Source: an uncultured Alphaproteobacteria bacterium
Lineage (GTDB): Bacteria > Pseudomonadota > Alphaproteobacteria > SHVP01
Assembly (NCBI GenBank): GCA_964350495.1
Contig: CAYGKG010000005.1
Location: 25-64,024, forward strand
DNA: 64,000 nt
Direction of reading: 5' to 3'
Shown here: positions 37,751 to 48,267 of the stretch, piece by piece
Layout: the number at the start of each line of letters is the position of its first letter
How positions within the stretch are numbered: position 1 is the first letter of the stretch
Notes under the pieces: model-generated
The model's input: only the letters and a program-made list of their open reading frames with translations
What the model was told of the DNA's origin: nothing
Databases searched by the model: none
Position numbers and translations under genes: made by a program

Positions 37751-38773
37751 TTAGGGGCGTTCTTCGACCGTGCCGTCGGCGTGGCGGGCAAAGCGGGCCT
37801 GCTCGCGCGGGTGAACGGGATCGTCGCTCGGCCAGGTCCAGCCCCCGAATTGGTCGCGGCGATAGTCGGCGAAGGCCTGATGGATTTCCTGCTCGGTGTT
37901 CATCACGAAGGGCCCGTACTGGGCGACGGACTCCTTGATGGGCCGCCCTTCGAGCAACAGAAGCTCGCTCTCGGCCGCCCCGTTCATCAACGTGACGGCG
38001 GCCCCCGCATCGAGCGTGACGGCATGGCGGACGCGCACCTCGGTCCCGCCCACCTGCATCGTTTGCCCGCTGAAGAAGTAGAGGCGGCGCGAGCGCTCGC
38101 CGACGGCGCCCGGCAGAGTCCAGCGCCCACCCGCCGGGATTTTGACAGTCCACACGGTGACACCGTTGGCCGGGTCGGCGGCCCAGGAATCCGGCGGCGG
38201 CGCCGGCGGCGTGGCCCCGCCCGGCAGGGCGCCGGCATAGCTCGTCACCAGAGTCTCGTTGCCGTGATCGTCGGCGAACGTCTCGGTGGGCACGGTGTCG
38301 CCCCAGATCATCTTGAAATGCGGTTCGACCATCTTCTTGCTGGCCGGCAGGTTCAGCCAGATCTGGAACAGTTCCGTATGATTGTCCTTGTCCCGATGGC
38401 GCAGCGGAAACATCTCGGAATGGACGATCCCTTTCCCTGCCGTCATCCATTGCAAATCGCCTTCGCCGAAGCGGGCAGCGGCGCCGACCGAATCGGCGTG
38501 ATCGATAAACCCACGCCGCGCCACGGTGACGGTCTCAAAACCGCGGTGCGGATGCTGCGGAAACCCTGGCACGGTCGCGCCGTGGTACATGCTCCAGCCG
38601 TCCTTACCGCTGAAGTCCTGCCCGATCATCCGGCCGTTGAGCGGCGCGGCGGGGCCCATGTCGGCATCGCCCGCCGGATAGGCATCGTCGTGATGCATGC
38701 AAAACAGAAACGGATCGAGCGTTTGCCACGGCGTGGCCAGGGGGCTGACGTCAAGAACAGGCTTGGTGCTCAC
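37751..38773 (-). CDS. Pirin-family protein
   Basis: HPHRGFETVTV...GxxQWMTAGxGIVHSE cupin motifs. Confidence 0.8.
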   Translation of the reverse strand: MSTKPVLDVSPLATPWQTLDPFLFCMHHDDAYPAGDADMGPAAPLNGRMIGQDFSGKDGWSMYHGATVPGFPQHPHRGFETVTVARRGFIDHADSVGAAARFGEGDLQWMTAGKGIVHSEMFPLRHRDKDNHTELFQIWLNLPASKKMVEPHFKMIWGDTVPTETFADDHGNETLVTSYAGALPGGATPPAPPPDSWAADPANGVTVWTVKIPAGGRWTLPGAVGERSRRLYFFSGQTMQVGGTEVRVRHAVTLDAGAAVTLMNGAAESELLLLEGRPIKESVAQYGPFVMNTEQEIHQAFADYRRDQFGGWTWPSDDPVHPREQARFARHADGTVEERP

Positions 38774-38839
38774 GGCGGACCTCGTCGGGCTTTCTTCGAA
38801 GGGAAGTAGATATGGGGCCCGCAGCGTCGGCGCACAACC

Positions 38840-39679
38840 CTACCCGGCCTGGGCCGATTCGTCCGCCCGGACGGTCTCGGCGACCAGACGGTACTGGACG
38901 CGCATCTGCGAATATTGTCGGTAAAGGTTGAGCAGGTCGCGCGCCGGCCCCATTAGACGTTCATAGCCCGAGACGAACGCGACGATCGTCCCGACTTCGG
39001 TGCGTCCCTGGATCACCAACCAGCCGCCCAGCACTAGAACGCTGAGGGGCCCGAGGTGACCCAGCGCATTGTTGGCAATCTTGAGCGCGTGCTTAATCAC
39101 AACGATGCGCACCCGCAGGGCGTGGACCTTCTCGATCATCGGGTCGTAGTGCGCGGTCAACGCTTCTTCGTCCAAGCCGTCGAAATCGTCGTGGGTCATG
39201 TCGCGCGATAATGTGCGCACCTGCTGAATGCGTTCCGCCGACAGCCGGTTGATCACGTTCTGGAGGACGGGCGTCAGCACCAAGGATGGGATGAAGAACG
39301 CGAAGGCGACCAAGGCCACCAGTGGTTCGACCACGAGCATGTAGCCAAAGACGCTGAGGAAGACACCGGCCTGCAACAACGGATCGGCAACGGCCTGGGC
39401 GACGAAACCACCGATCTTTTCGACCTCGGCCACGACCATCGACACCTTGGCCCCTTCCTCCGACTCGTCGTTGCCGTCCAGCGTGCGGACGACGCGAAAC
39501 CGCAAGCGGCGGATGACGCCCTCGGCGACCCGTCCGAGGTACACGCCGCGCACCCATTTGAGGCCGCCGTTGACGACGATGAAACCCAGGTAAGCCGCAC
39601 CCAGGCCCGACACGATGTCAAAGTCTTCCAGTGAGACGGCGGCATTGACGATTCGGCGCTGTAGTTCGAGCGGCACCAT
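38840..39679 (-). CDS. Stand-alone ABC-exporter-type transmembrane domain protein with no fused ATPase domain
   Basis: Six-TM ABC_membrane-like topology ending with ...QMRVQYRLVAE where an NBD would normally follow; the next gene is pirin. Confidence 0.5.
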   Translation of the reverse strand: MVPLELQRRIVNAAVSLEDFDIVSGLGAAYLGFIVVNGGLKWVRGVYLGRVAEGVIRRLRFRVVRTLDGNDESEEGAKVSMVVAEVEKIGGFVAQAVADPLLQAGVFLSVFGYMLVVEPLVALVAFAFFIPSLVLTPVLQNVINRLSAERIQQVRTLSRDMTHDDFDGLDEEALTAHYDPMIEKVHALRVRIVVIKHALKIANNALGHLGPLSVLVLGGWLVIQGRTEVGTIVAFVSGYERLMGPARDLLNLYRQYSQMRVQYRLVAETVRADESAQAG

Positions 39680-39849
39680 GGAAAGCGGGAATACAACCAG
39701 GGTGAGCAAGACCAACCGTACCTGCTGCGGTCTACTGACCCGCCAGATATAGGTGTAGAGGCCGTGCGGTAGCTTTCGCAGCGGCTACCGCGGGACCGGC
39801 GGCAACAGGGCGGCAAACAGATTCTGCGCCGGCGGCGACTCCGTCACGC

Positions 39850-40116
39850 CTACTCGCGTCGCCACTGGAAGGCGCGGACGACTGTCCCGCCGAGGTAAAG
39901 CGCCATGCCGACCATCCCGATCACCGGGCCGGCCAAACGGACGGTCGGGCTGTCGCTGAACTGCCCGGACAAAACCGCGATGACGAGCCCGAGCGCAAAC
40001 AGTCCAAGCCCCCACCAGCGCATTTGGCGCACGAGTCTTGAGGGCCCCGCGACGGGAGGCGGCGCGGGTTTCGGTGGCAGTCCATCCGAAGACGGCGAAG
40101 GCGGCACATCGATCAC
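39850..40116 (-). CDS. Small membrane protein (2 TM), hypothetical
   Basis: ORF with hydrophobic helices. Confidence 0.35.
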   Translation of the reverse strand: MIDVPPSPSSDGLPPKPAPPPVAGPSRLVRQMRWWGLGLFALGLVIAVLSGQFSDSPTVRLAGPVIGMVGMALYLGGTVVRAFQWRRE

Positions 40117-40174
40117 GTCACAACTGTATCAAAGACCCGGCGCGCCGAAGAGTCTCAAGTGGCTCAAACGCGCG

Positions 40175-40561
40175 CTAGACCCCCTCAAGGCCGATCGTAT
40201 AGTCCCAGGCTCCTCGGAACAGGAGATACCAATAGCCTAGAAACGCTAGATCCGGCCCCAGCCACCACAGGCCTGCACCCCGGTCCACGCCAATCATTCC
40301 TGCGACCCCCACGACGATGCCGGCGATGGCAGCGATCTGTTTCGCGTCGTAGACCACCTTGTACGACAGTTTGTGCGCCAAGCGATTCGCCTCTATGCGT
40401 CCCCAAACGAACAGGGCGACGCCGGGCAAGAAAACGCCCCACATCCAGATCGGCGCCTCCGATCCGCCGCCCAAGTTCGCAATTATCAGCGGTGCTCCGA
40501 TGAGGACCAGAGGCAACGCGACGATAAGCTTTTTCTGAGCGGGAGAAATTTTTTGCCACAT
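40175..40561 (-). CDS. Membrane protein (about 128 aa, 3-4 TM), hypothetical
   Basis: Start at MWQKISPAQKK; hydrophobic. Confidence 0.4.
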   Translation of the reverse strand: MWQKISPAQKKLIVALPLVLIGAPLIIANLGGGSEAPIWMWGVFLPGVALFVWGRIEANRLAHKLSYKVVYDAKQIAAIAGIVVGVAGMIGVDRGAGLWWLGPDLAFLGYWYLLFRGAWDYTIGLEGV

Positions 40562-40775
40562 GCGTGCCTCCTTTTTGGCAGTATCCAACCTCGTTCGCGC
40601 GAGATCGAGGAGACCACAGGTCGCCAATCACGGGCAAAGTCTATCGGACCGGCCAACACCTTGGATAGGCGCATTGGCCACCACTGGTCTCGCAAAACCG
40701 TAGCAGCCCCCAATCGACAAGCGCGCGGCGCAACGCTACGCTCCGCGCCGTTTCCCGTGCGGGAGAAATGTTGTC

Positions 40776-41609
40776 ATGTGCCGCTGGCTTGCCTACTCCG
40801 GTCCCCGACTGTCCCTGAACATGCTGTTGTTCGAGCCGGAGAACTCTTTGATCCGACAGTCGATGGCGGCCCGGCGCTCGGTGGTGCCGACCAACGGCGA
40901 CGGTTTCGGCCTGGGCTGGTACGACGAATACCCCGAACCCGGCTTGTTCCGCGATACGCTGCCGGCCTGGAACGACTCGAATTTGAAGAATATTGCGCGC
41001 CACGTTCGCTCGAGTCTGTTCTTTGCCCATGTTCGTGCCTCGACCGGCACATCGACCAGCCGCGACAATTGCCATCCCTTCGTCCACGGCCGCGCCATGT
41101 TCATGCACAACGGCGCAATCGGCGGCTATGCCAAGATTCGCCGCGACCTTGAACACCTCATCCCGACCAATCTGTACGGCTCCCGCCTTGGCACAACCGA
41201 CACCGAAGCGTTCTTCCTCTTGGCCCTGGGCCAAGGACTGCTGGAGGAACCGGGCCCGGCACTCGCCCGGACCACAGCGTTGATCGAAGACGTCATGGCC
41301 GCCCAAGGCGTGGCCGAACCGCTGCGCGCCGCCATCGCGTTTTCCGACGGCAAGACCATCGTCGCCCTGCGCTACTCAAGCGATCGCAACTCGCCGAGCC
41401 TCTACTACTTGGCTGGCGGCGATCTTTACATGCGCGACGGACGGATCAGCCTGGCCGACGGCGAGGACACGCTGCTGGTCCTGTCCGAGCCGCTCGACGG
41501 CGCCGACGACCTGTGGACCGAAGTGCCCGAAAGCACGTTGATCGTCGCCCAGGGCAGCGCGCTCAGCGTGACACCGTTTGCTTCGGTGCATTCGTCGGCG
41601 GCCACCTAG
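40776..41609 (+). CDS. Class II glutamine amidotransferase domain protein (EgtC/GATase_6-like)
   Basis: MCRWLAYSG N-terminal catalytic Cys and Ntn-hydrolase fold motifs. Confidence 0.7.
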   Translation: MCRWLAYSGPRLSLNMLLFEPENSLIRQSMAARRSVVPTNGDGFGLGWYDEYPEPGLFRDTLPAWNDSNLKNIARHVRSSLFFAHVRASTGTSTSRDNCHPFVHGRAMFMHNGAIGGYAKIRRDLEHLIPTNLYGSRLGTTDTEAFFLLALGQGLLEEPGPALARTTALIEDVMAAQGVAEPLRAAIAFSDGKTIVALRYSSDRNSPSLYYLAGGDLYMRDGRISLADGEDTLLVLSEPLDGADDLWTEVPESTLIVAQGSALSVTPFASVHSSAAT

Positions 41610-41708
41610 CAAAGTGGGCTGGGCGCTCCCCGTCCTCGTGGGGCATACGACTAGTTGACCGGGCTTCCCTTCTCTTGCCCATCCCCAATACGCTATTGAT
41701 AGCCCGCA

Positions 41709-43067
41709 ATGGCAACAACTCTCCCCATCCATGTCATCGGCGGCGGCCTCGCGGGCAGCGAGGCCGCGTGGCAAATCGCCCAGGCCGGCGTGCCGGTCGT
41801 GATCCACGAAATGCGCCCGGTCCGCGGGACCGAAGCGCACCTCACCGAGTCGCTGGCCGAACTGGTGTGTTCGAATTCGTTTCGCTCGGACGATCCCGAG
41901 AAGAACGCGGTCGGGTTGCTACACGAGGAAATGCGGCGCTGCGGCTCGCTGATCCTATCGGCAGGCGACGCCCACCGCGTGCCGGCCGGCAGCGCGCTGG
42001 CGGTCGACCGCCACGGATTCTCGGCAGCCGTGCAGACGGCGCTAGAAGCCCACCCCTTGGTCGAGGTCGAGCGCGGCGAGATTGCGGTCCTGCCGCCCGC
42101 CGATTGGGACAACGTCATCGTCGCCACCGGCCCCCTCACCTCGCCGGCTTTGGCGGATGCGATCCGTGGCTTGACCGGCGAGGACTCGCTCGCCTTCTTC
42201 GACGCCATCGCCCCGATCGTCGCCAAGGACTCCGTCGACATGGGCGTGGCGTGGTTCCAGTCGCGCTACGATAAGTCGGCGCCCGGCGGCGACGGCAAGG
42301 ATTACCTCAACTGCCCGATGACCCAGGACCAGTACCTTGCGTTCATCGACGCGCTGGTGACGGGCGACAAAACAGAATTCAAGGATTGGGAAAGAGACAC
42401 GCCCTACTTCGAAGGCTGCCTGCCCATCGAAGTGATGGCCGAACGCGGACCCGAGACCCTGCGCTTCGGGCCGATGAAACCGGTGGGTCTAACCAACCCG
42501 CACCAACCCGACGTTAAAGCCTATGCCGTGGTCCAACTCCGCCAGGACAACGCGCTGGGCACGCTCTACAACATGGTCGGCTTCCAGACCAAGCTGAAGC
42601 ATGGCGAGCAAAAGCGAATCTTCGCGACCATCCCGGGACTGGAGAACGCGACCTTCGTGCGGCTGGGCGGCATCCATCGCAACACGTTCCTCAATTCGCC
42701 GCGCCTGCTGGACGGACATCTACGCTTGAACGCAATGTCACGCCTGCGCTTTGCCGGCCAAGTCACCGGCGTCGAGGGGTACATCGAGAGTGCCGCCATC
42801 GGTTTGCTGGCGGGACGGTTTGCGGCGGCGGAACGACTTGGTGTCGTTGCGGACGCACCGCCGGAGACGACTGCGCTCGGTGCCCTGCTCAACCACATCA
42901 CCCAAGGCGCTGACGCCGCGACGTTCCAACCGATGAATGTCAATTTCGGCCTGTTCCCGCCACTCACCGGGCGAACCAAGCGCAAGGACCGCAAGCCGGC
43001 CTACGCGCAACGGGCGCTGGCCGATCTCGCTGCGTGGCTTGGGGGTGTGCAGGAGGCGGCTGAATGA
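41709..43067 (+). CDS. trmFO: Methylenetetrahydrofolate--tRNA-(uracil54-C5)-methyltransferase TrmFO
   Basis: [21 protein letters not shown] motif and TrmFO/Gid core. Confidence 0.9.
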   Translation: MATTLPIHVIGGGLAGSEAAWQIAQAGVPVVIHEMRPVRGTEAHLTESLAELVCSNSFRSDDPEKNAVGLLHEEMRRCGSLILSAGDAHRVPAGSALAVDRHGFSAAVQTALEAHPLVEVERGEIAVLPPADWDNVIVATGPLTSPALADAIRGLTGEDSLAFFDAIAPIVAKDSVDMGVAWFQSRYDKSAPGGDGKDYLNCPMTQDQYLAFIDALVTGDKTEFKDWERDTPYFEGCLPIEVMAERGPETLRFGPMKPVGLTNPHQPDVKAYAVVQLRQDNALGTLYNMVGFQTKLKHGEQKRIFATIPGLENATFVRLGGIHRNTFLNSPRLLDGHLRLNAMSRLRFAGQVTGVEGYIESAAIGLLAGRFAAAERLGVVADAPPETTALGALLNHITQGADAATFQPMNVNFGLFPPLTGRTKRKDRKPAYAQRALADLAAWLGGVQEAAE

Positions 43068-43447
43068 GTGGGCCGACTGTCGTCGGACAACACTACGTCC
43101 TGGCCGTCCCCGATATCGAGGCGGCCGCCACGTGGTGGACCGAGATCATGGGCTTCGCCGTCTGGATGAAACCCGAGGGTTGGGTTTACGTCCGACGCGG
43201 CGCCTGTTCGGTGATGATGGGCGAGTGCCCAGACGCGATCCCGCCCAAGAACTTGGGCGATCACTCCTATTTCGCCTACATCGAAATGGACGACGTAACC
43301 GCCTACCACGCGGAAGTGACCGCGCGCGGTCTCGCAGTGGCGCCGCCGACGGACAAACCTTGGGGCATGCGGGAAATGATTGTGCATACCCCGGACGGCC
43401 ACCGGATCATGTTCGGCCAAGACTTACAAAAGGCGGCGGACGTATGA
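43064..43447 (+). CDS. VOC (glyoxalase/bleomycin-resistance) family protein
   Basis: Typical VOC fold motifs; 127 aa. Confidence 0.6.
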   Translation: MSGPTVVGQHYVLAVPDIEAAATWWTEIMGFAVWMKPEGWVYVRRGACSVMMGECPDAIPPKNLGDHSYFAYIEMDDVTAYHAEVTARGLAVAPPTDKPWGMREMIVHTPDGHRIMFGQDLQKAADV

Positions 43448-43902
43448 TCCGAGACGCGACCGTCGCCGACCTCGCGCCGTTGAGCGCGCTGGCCCGGCGA
43501 TCCAAAGCCCATTGGGGGTATGACGACGCCTTCATGGCGGCCTGCGCCGATGAACTGACGGTAACGCCAGACATGCTGGACAACCAGACCGTTCGCCTCT
43601 TTGAAGATTCTGGTACTCGGCGCGGGTTCTACGCGGTATCGGTGAAAAACCGAGAAGCCGGTGTTGAACTGTTCTTTGTCGACCCGCTGGCGATCGGGCG
43701 CGGCGTCGGCGCGGCGCTATGGCACGACCTTGTCCTTCGAGCGCAGGCCGGAGCAACGGGCGTAAGGATCGAGTCCGACCCGGAGGCCGAAGGCTTCTAT
43801 CTTCGCATGGGCGCGGTGCGGACCGGACTTTGCCCCTCCGGCAGCATCCCCGGCCGTCAGCTTCCCCTGCTCCACTACGACCTGAACCGAGAGGCCACAT
43901 GA
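43444..43902 (+). CDS. GNAT-family N-acetyltransferase
   Basis: FFVDPLAIGRGVGAAL acetyl-CoA binding motif; ATGA overlap with the VOC gene. Confidence 0.65.
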   Translation: MIRDATVADLAPLSALARRSKAHWGYDDAFMAACADELTVTPDMLDNQTVRLFEDSGTRRGFYAVSVKNREAGVELFFVDPLAIGRGVGAALWHDLVLRAQAGATGVRIESDPEAEGFYLRMGAVRTGLCPSGSIPGRQLPLLHYDLNREAT

Positions 43903-44501
43903 CTTTGACCTTCTGGGACGAACGCTTCGCCGGTGATGGTTATCGCTACGGCGAGGTGCCCAACCCCTTCGTCGCAAGCCAGATCGGTCGCCTGCCCACC
44001 GGCGGTACCGTCTTGTCGGTCGGCGACGGCGAGGGGCGCAACGGCGTTTGGCTGGCCGAACAAGGTTTTGCCACGACCTCGCAGGACGGATCCGAAGTCG
44101 CCCAGGGCAAAGCCAAGCGCATGGCGACCCAACGCGGCGTCGCGTTGACGACCGTGCTCTCCGACCTCACGACATGGGACTGGCCGCAGGCCGCCTACGA
44201 CGGTCTCGTCTGCGTTTTCGTGCACTTCCGCCCCGCGCAACGCGCCGCCGTCCACCGCGCCATGCTGGCCGCGTTGAAACCCGGCGGCCTCGTCATCATG
44301 GAGGTGTTCCACACCGACCAACTGGAGCTCAAGACCGGCGGACCGCCCGACCTGGAAATGCTGTATTCCGCCGCAATGCTACGGGCGGACTTTGCCGCCG
44401 CCGACATCCTCCTACTAGAGGAGGCCCGTTCGTTCGTACCGCAGGATTCGTTCCAACGGGGCGAGGCGGCGCTGGTCCGCCTCATCGCCCGGCGGCGATG
44501 A
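43899..44501 (+). CDS. Class I SAM-dependent methyltransferase
   Basis: VLSVGDGEGRNGVWLA motif I; ATGA overlap. Confidence 0.65.
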   Translation: MTLTFWDERFAGDGYRYGEVPNPFVASQIGRLPTGGTVLSVGDGEGRNGVWLAEQGFATTSQDGSEVAQGKAKRMATQRGVALTTVLSDLTTWDWPQAAYDGLVCVFVHFRPAQRAAVHRAMLAALKPGGLVIMEVFHTDQLELKTGGPPDLEMLYSAAMLRADFAAADILLLEEARSFVPQDSFQRGEAALVRLIARRR

Positions 44502-44854
44502 ACCGCCGCAGGGCGTTCGCCGCTGCTGTAGCCCTTGGGATCGGCTTGTCCACGGCACCGGTAATAGCCGACGAACGCCCGCTCCGTGCAGGCATCCTGC
44601 TGAGCCAGTGCACCCACCCCGCCCTGGCGCCGCGCGAGGCCTGTGCCGCCTTTATCCTGCAATCGGTCGACCGCAACCACAGCGCGCCCGAACCCGCCTA
44701 TTGCCTGCCGCCCAGCGCCATCCTGGGGGATATTCGGGCACGGTTTATCGCCTGGGGCGGCAGCGAACGCGCGAACCTCGACCTGACCGCCGATGCCGGG
44801 CTGGCGGCGGCCCTCGCGGAGGCCTTCCCCTGCCCGCTGACGCAATCCGGATAA
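44498..44854 (+). CDS. Small secreted protein (signal peptide, about 118 aa), hypothetical
   Basis: N-terminal signal peptide AAVALGIGLSTAPVIA; overlapping start. Confidence 0.4.
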   Translation: MNRRRAFAAAVALGIGLSTAPVIADERPLRAGILLSQCTHPALAPREACAAFILQSVDRNHSAPEPAYCLPPSAILGDIRARFIAWGGSERANLDLTADAGLAAALAEAFPCPLTQSG

Positions 44855-44934
44855 TTTTTTTCGCAGCGTGTCGATCTGCCGCCCGCCCGTTCGTCCTAGG
44901 GGTGTCACAGAAACGCAACGCAAGGGAGACCACC

Positions 44935-45291
44935 ATGAAATACATTTTGTTGATCTACGCGGCCGAGTCCGACCAAGCCAACGTCGACCCCAAGGAGCAA
45001 GCCGCCTATATGCAGCGCTACTTCACCTTTACCGAGGATCTGGTGAAAAGCGGCAAAATGGTCGCGGGCGATCCGCTCCAGGGCGTCGCGACCGCAACCT
45101 CGGTCAAAGTGCGGAACGGGAAGACCATGACAACCGACGGTCCGTTCGCCGAAACCAAAGAACAGCTCGGCGGATTCTATATCGTTGACGCCGACGACCT
45201 CGACGATGCCATCGCTTGGGCGGCCAAGTTGCCGACCGCCGAGCACGGTACGATCGAGGTCCGACCGTTGATGAACATCCCGGATATGTAA
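44935..45291 (+). CDS. YciI-like (YCII/DGPF domain) protein
   Basis: MKYILLIYA...DGPF motif. Confidence 0.7.
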   Translation: MKYILLIYAAESDQANVDPKEQAAYMQRYFTFTEDLVKSGKMVAGDPLQGVATATSVKVRNGKTMTTDGPFAETKEQLGGFYIVDADDLDDAIAWAAKLPTAEHGTIEVRPLMNIPDM

Positions 45292-45301
45292 GATCGACGC
45301 G

Positions 45302-46693
45302 ATGCGCGGGGGAACGGCGCAACGGCCAGACCCCGCGTGTTACGCTGTCCCGGTCATGACCGGGATCGCACCAGCCCACCGCGCCATCGAAACCTTGATC
45401 CGCGACGAGTGGGGCCGCGTCCTCGCTGCTTTGGTGGCGATGGTTCGCGACTTCGCCCTAGCCGAGGATGCGTTGCAGGACGCGGTTATCGTGGCGATGG
45501 ACCGTTGGGCCACGGACGGTATTCCCGACAACCCACGCGCTTGGTTGATTCGCGCGGCCCGCAACAAGGCCGTCGACCGCCTGCGCCGCGCGGCCCGTTT
45601 CGAGACCAAACGCGGTGAAATGAAGGTTTTGGCCGACCTCGACGCCGCGACCGTCGATCCGGAAACCGACGAGGACATCCCCGACGAACGGCTGCGGTTG
45701 ATCTTTACCTGCTGCCACCCCGCCTTGCCGGAGGAAGCCCGCGTCGCCCTGACCCTGCGCACACTGGGCGGGCTGTCGACCGGCGAGATCGCCCGCGCCT
45801 TTCTCGTTCCGGAGGCGACGATGGCCCAACGCCTAGTGCGCGCCCAAAGGAAGATCAAGGCAGCGGGCATTCCCTACCGAATCCCGCCACGCGAAACCTG
45901 GCCGGAACGTTTGGCCTCGGTCCTAGCCGTGCTCTACCTCGTGTTCAACGAAGGGTACGCCGCGACCGCCGGTGAAACGCCCTTCCGTGCCGACCTCTGC
46001 CGCGAGGCGCTCAGGCTGTGCGAAACCTTGAGCGCACTCATCCCCGAGGAACCGGAGGTCGCTGGATTGCTCGCCTTGATGCTGTTCCACGAATCGCGCC
46101 GCAACGCGCGGCGCGGACCGGACGGCGCGTTGATGCCATTGGAAGAGCAAGACCGCACCCTGTGGGACCAGCCCGCCATTGCGCGCGCCGATACGCTCTT
46201 GCTTGCAGCCCTGCGCCGGGGCGCACCCTACCCCGGTCCCTACCAGTTGCAGGCTGCCATCAGCGGCGTCCACGCGACCGCCGCCACGTTCGGCGACACC
46301 GACTGGGCCGAGATCGTGTTGCTGTACGAACGCCTCGAAGCGCTGGTGCCCTCCCCGGTGGTGCACCTCAACGCGATTGCGGCCCTTTCGTTCCGCGACG
46401 GTGCCGCAGCCGGTTTGGTAAAACTGGCGGCGCTCGATGCTGGCGAAGACCTTAGCGCGTACCAGCCCTACCACGCGGTGCGCGCCGATCTGTTGCGCCG
46501 CGCCGGCCGTGCGCAGGAAGCCGCCGACGCCTACGAGGCCGCGATCGCCGCCACGCAAAATGCCGCCGAACGAAGGTTTCTCGCGCGGCGGCGCGCGGCG
46601 ATCGACCTCCATCCCGCCGGCGACCTTGCGACGTCGAAGCCGACGCGGGAGACTGGACAACAGGAACCCGAGGACCGCGATGAGCGATATTGA
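45302..46693 (+). CDS. ECF-type sigma-70 family factor with long C-terminal extension (~440 aa); start uncertain (possibly the ATG near 45356)
   Basis: Sigma region 2 (DAVIVAMDRW...PRAWLIRAARNKAVDRLRR) and region 4 (LTLRTLGGLSTGEIARAF); paired with the YciI-like gene. Confidence 0.7.
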   Translation: MRGGTAQRPDPACYAVPVMTGIAPAHRAIETLIRDEWGRVLAALVAMVRDFALAEDALQDAVIVAMDRWATDGIPDNPRAWLIRAARNKAVDRLRRAARFETKRGEMKVLADLDAATVDPETDEDIPDERLRLIFTCCHPALPEEARVALTLRTLGGLSTGEIARAFLVPEATMAQRLVRAQRKIKAAGIPYRIPPRETWPERLASVLAVLYLVFNEGYAATAGETPFRADLCREALRLCETLSALIPEEPEVAGLLALMLFHESRRNARRGPDGALMPLEEQDRTLWDQPAIARADTLLLAALRRGAPYPGPYQLQAAISGVHATAATFGDTDWAEIVLLYERLEALVPSPVVHLNAIAALSFRDGAAAGLVKLAALDAGEDLSAYQPYHAVRADLLRRAGRAQEAADAYEAAIAATQNAAERRFLARRRAAIDLHPAGDLATSKPTRETGQQEPEDRDERY

Positions 46694-47159
46694 CGAAAGC
46701 GATGACACCGTTGCCGTGCAGATTGCCGTCCCGCTGGCGCCCGCGGCGGCTTGGGACCTCTTCGTGACACGGTTCGACGCTTGGTGGCCCCAGGAGTACA
46801 CGTTCTGTGGCGAGGCGCTCGCCAAAATCGGAATCGATGCGCAGGCGGACGGGCACTGCTATGAGCTTGCCCAATCGGGCGAACGGATCGTCTGGGGGAC
46901 GGTCATCGAGACCGCCGCGCCCCAGGGCCTCATGTTCCACTGGCACATCGCGCCGGACCGAAAGATCGACACCAAGCCGGAACGCTCCAGCACGGTGACG
47001 GTTCATTTTGCACCGAGCGACCACGGCACCACGGTGACGCTGGTGCATAGCGACCTCGCGCACCACGGCGACGACTGGACGCACTACCGCGCCGCGATGG
47101 CCTCCGAGCAGGGATGGCCCTATTGCCTCGATCACTTCCGCGCCGCCGCGGGCGGTTAA
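46680..47159 (+). CDS. SRPBCC (Aha1/START-like) domain protein
   Basis: Size and hydrophobic beta-grip pattern. Confidence 0.45.
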   Translation: MSDIDESDDTVAVQIAVPLAPAAAWDLFVTRFDAWWPQEYTFCGEALAKIGIDAQADGHCYELAQSGERIVWGTVIETAAPQGLMFHWHIAPDRKIDTKPERSSTVTVHFAPSDHGTTVTLVHSDLAHHGDDWTHYRAAMASEQGWPYCLDHFRAAAGG

Positions 47160-48196
47160 CCCGGCAAAGACGGCGGCAAGAGCGCCTCGAGTTCTTGGCT
47201 GACGGCGGCCACGTCAATCGCCGTCGTGCCGGCAACGAGAAACGATGCCTGGGCCCATCGCACGGCGGCCTGATCGCTCAGCGACGGCACCGCATCGGCA
47301 ACCTCCTGCATAGCCGCCAGATCGCCGTCACAATGAAGAACCACATCACACCCGGCGGCAAGGCTGTCGCGCGCCCGCTCCGCGTAGGTGCCAGACAACG
47401 CTTTCATGTTGGACGAAATATCGTCGCTCATCAGCAGGCCTTGGAAGTCGATCTTCCCACGGATCACCGCCGCTATCACCCGGGCCGAGGTGGTTGTCGG
47501 GCGTTTCGGATCGACGCAACTGAATAAGACATGCGCCGTCATCGCCAAAGGCAAATCGTGCAACGCGGCAAAGGGCGCGAAATCCTGGTCGAGCGCTTCC
47601 AGCGCGGCGGTGACGACTGGCAGGTCCGCGTGACTATCGGCCGTCGCGCGTCCGTGGCCGGGGATGTGCTTGACCACCGGCAGAACCCCTGCGGCGATGA
47701 GGCCGTCGGCGAAGGCCCGCGCCAACGCGACAATCGCGGCAACGTCGGTGTGGAAAGCGCGGTCGCCGATGATGTCATGGCTGCCCGGCACCGGAACGTC
47801 CAGAACCGGCGCGCAGTCGACATTGATTCCGCTAGCCGCGAGCTCGGCGCCGATAAGTTGACCGTTGAGGTAGGACGCCTGGGTCGCCGCCGCCCGGTCG
47901 CGGTCCCACAGATCGCCGAACACGCGGGCGGGCGGCGGGTGACGCCAGTGCGGCGGCTTAAGCCGGGCAACGCGCCCGCCCTCTTGGTCGATCAAGATCG
48001 GCGCGTCGGGCTGCCCGACAACCGCGCGAAGATCGGCGCATAGCGCGGCAACTTGATCCGGTGCCGCGCAATTGCGGGAAAACAGAATGAAACCGAGCGG
48101 CTTCGTTTCGGTAAAGAAGGCGCGCTCGCCGGCGGTCAGTGCGGGCCCGGCGAGGCCGAAGATTGTGGGCTGGGTCATTGCCCGGCGTTTTAGCAT
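47156..48196 (-). CDS. nagZ: Beta-N-acetylhexosaminidase NagZ (GH3)
   Basis: ILIDQEGGRVARL...KHIPGHGRATADSH motifs. Confidence 0.85.
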   Translation of the reverse strand: MLKRRAMTQPTIFGLAGPALTAGERAFFTETKPLGFILFSRNCAAPDQVAALCADLRAVVGQPDAPILIDQEGGRVARLKPPHWRHPPPARVFGDLWDRDRAAATQASYLNGQLIGAELAASGINVDCAPVLDVPVPGSHDIIGDRAFHTDVAAIVALARAFADGLIAAGVLPVVKHIPGHGRATADSHADLPVVTAALEALDQDFAPFAALHDLPLAMTAHVLFSCVDPKRPTTTSARVIAAVIRGKIDFQGLLMSDDISSNMKALSGTYAERARDSLAAGCDVVLHCDGDLAAMQEVADAVPSLSDQAAVRWAQASFLVAGTTAIDVAAVSQELEALLPPSLPG

Positions 48197-48267
48197 GGAT
48201 TTTAACGGCCCGGGCGGAGCGCCTTCGTCGGCCTAGGTAAACCATAAGAACATGGTAGTTTGCCTCG

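Noticed and set aside
38840-39816. Alternative 180-aa ORF (39274..39816) overlapping the ABC TMD
   Set aside because: Ser/Arg/Trp/Cys-rich nonsense frame; the TMD frame has a coherent hydrophobic periodicity
42937-43902. 321-aa ORF spanning the trmFO 3' end, VOC and GNAT genes
   Set aside because: Frame read-through upstream of the GNAT ATG at 43444; Arg-rich junk N-terminus overlapping two well-supported genes
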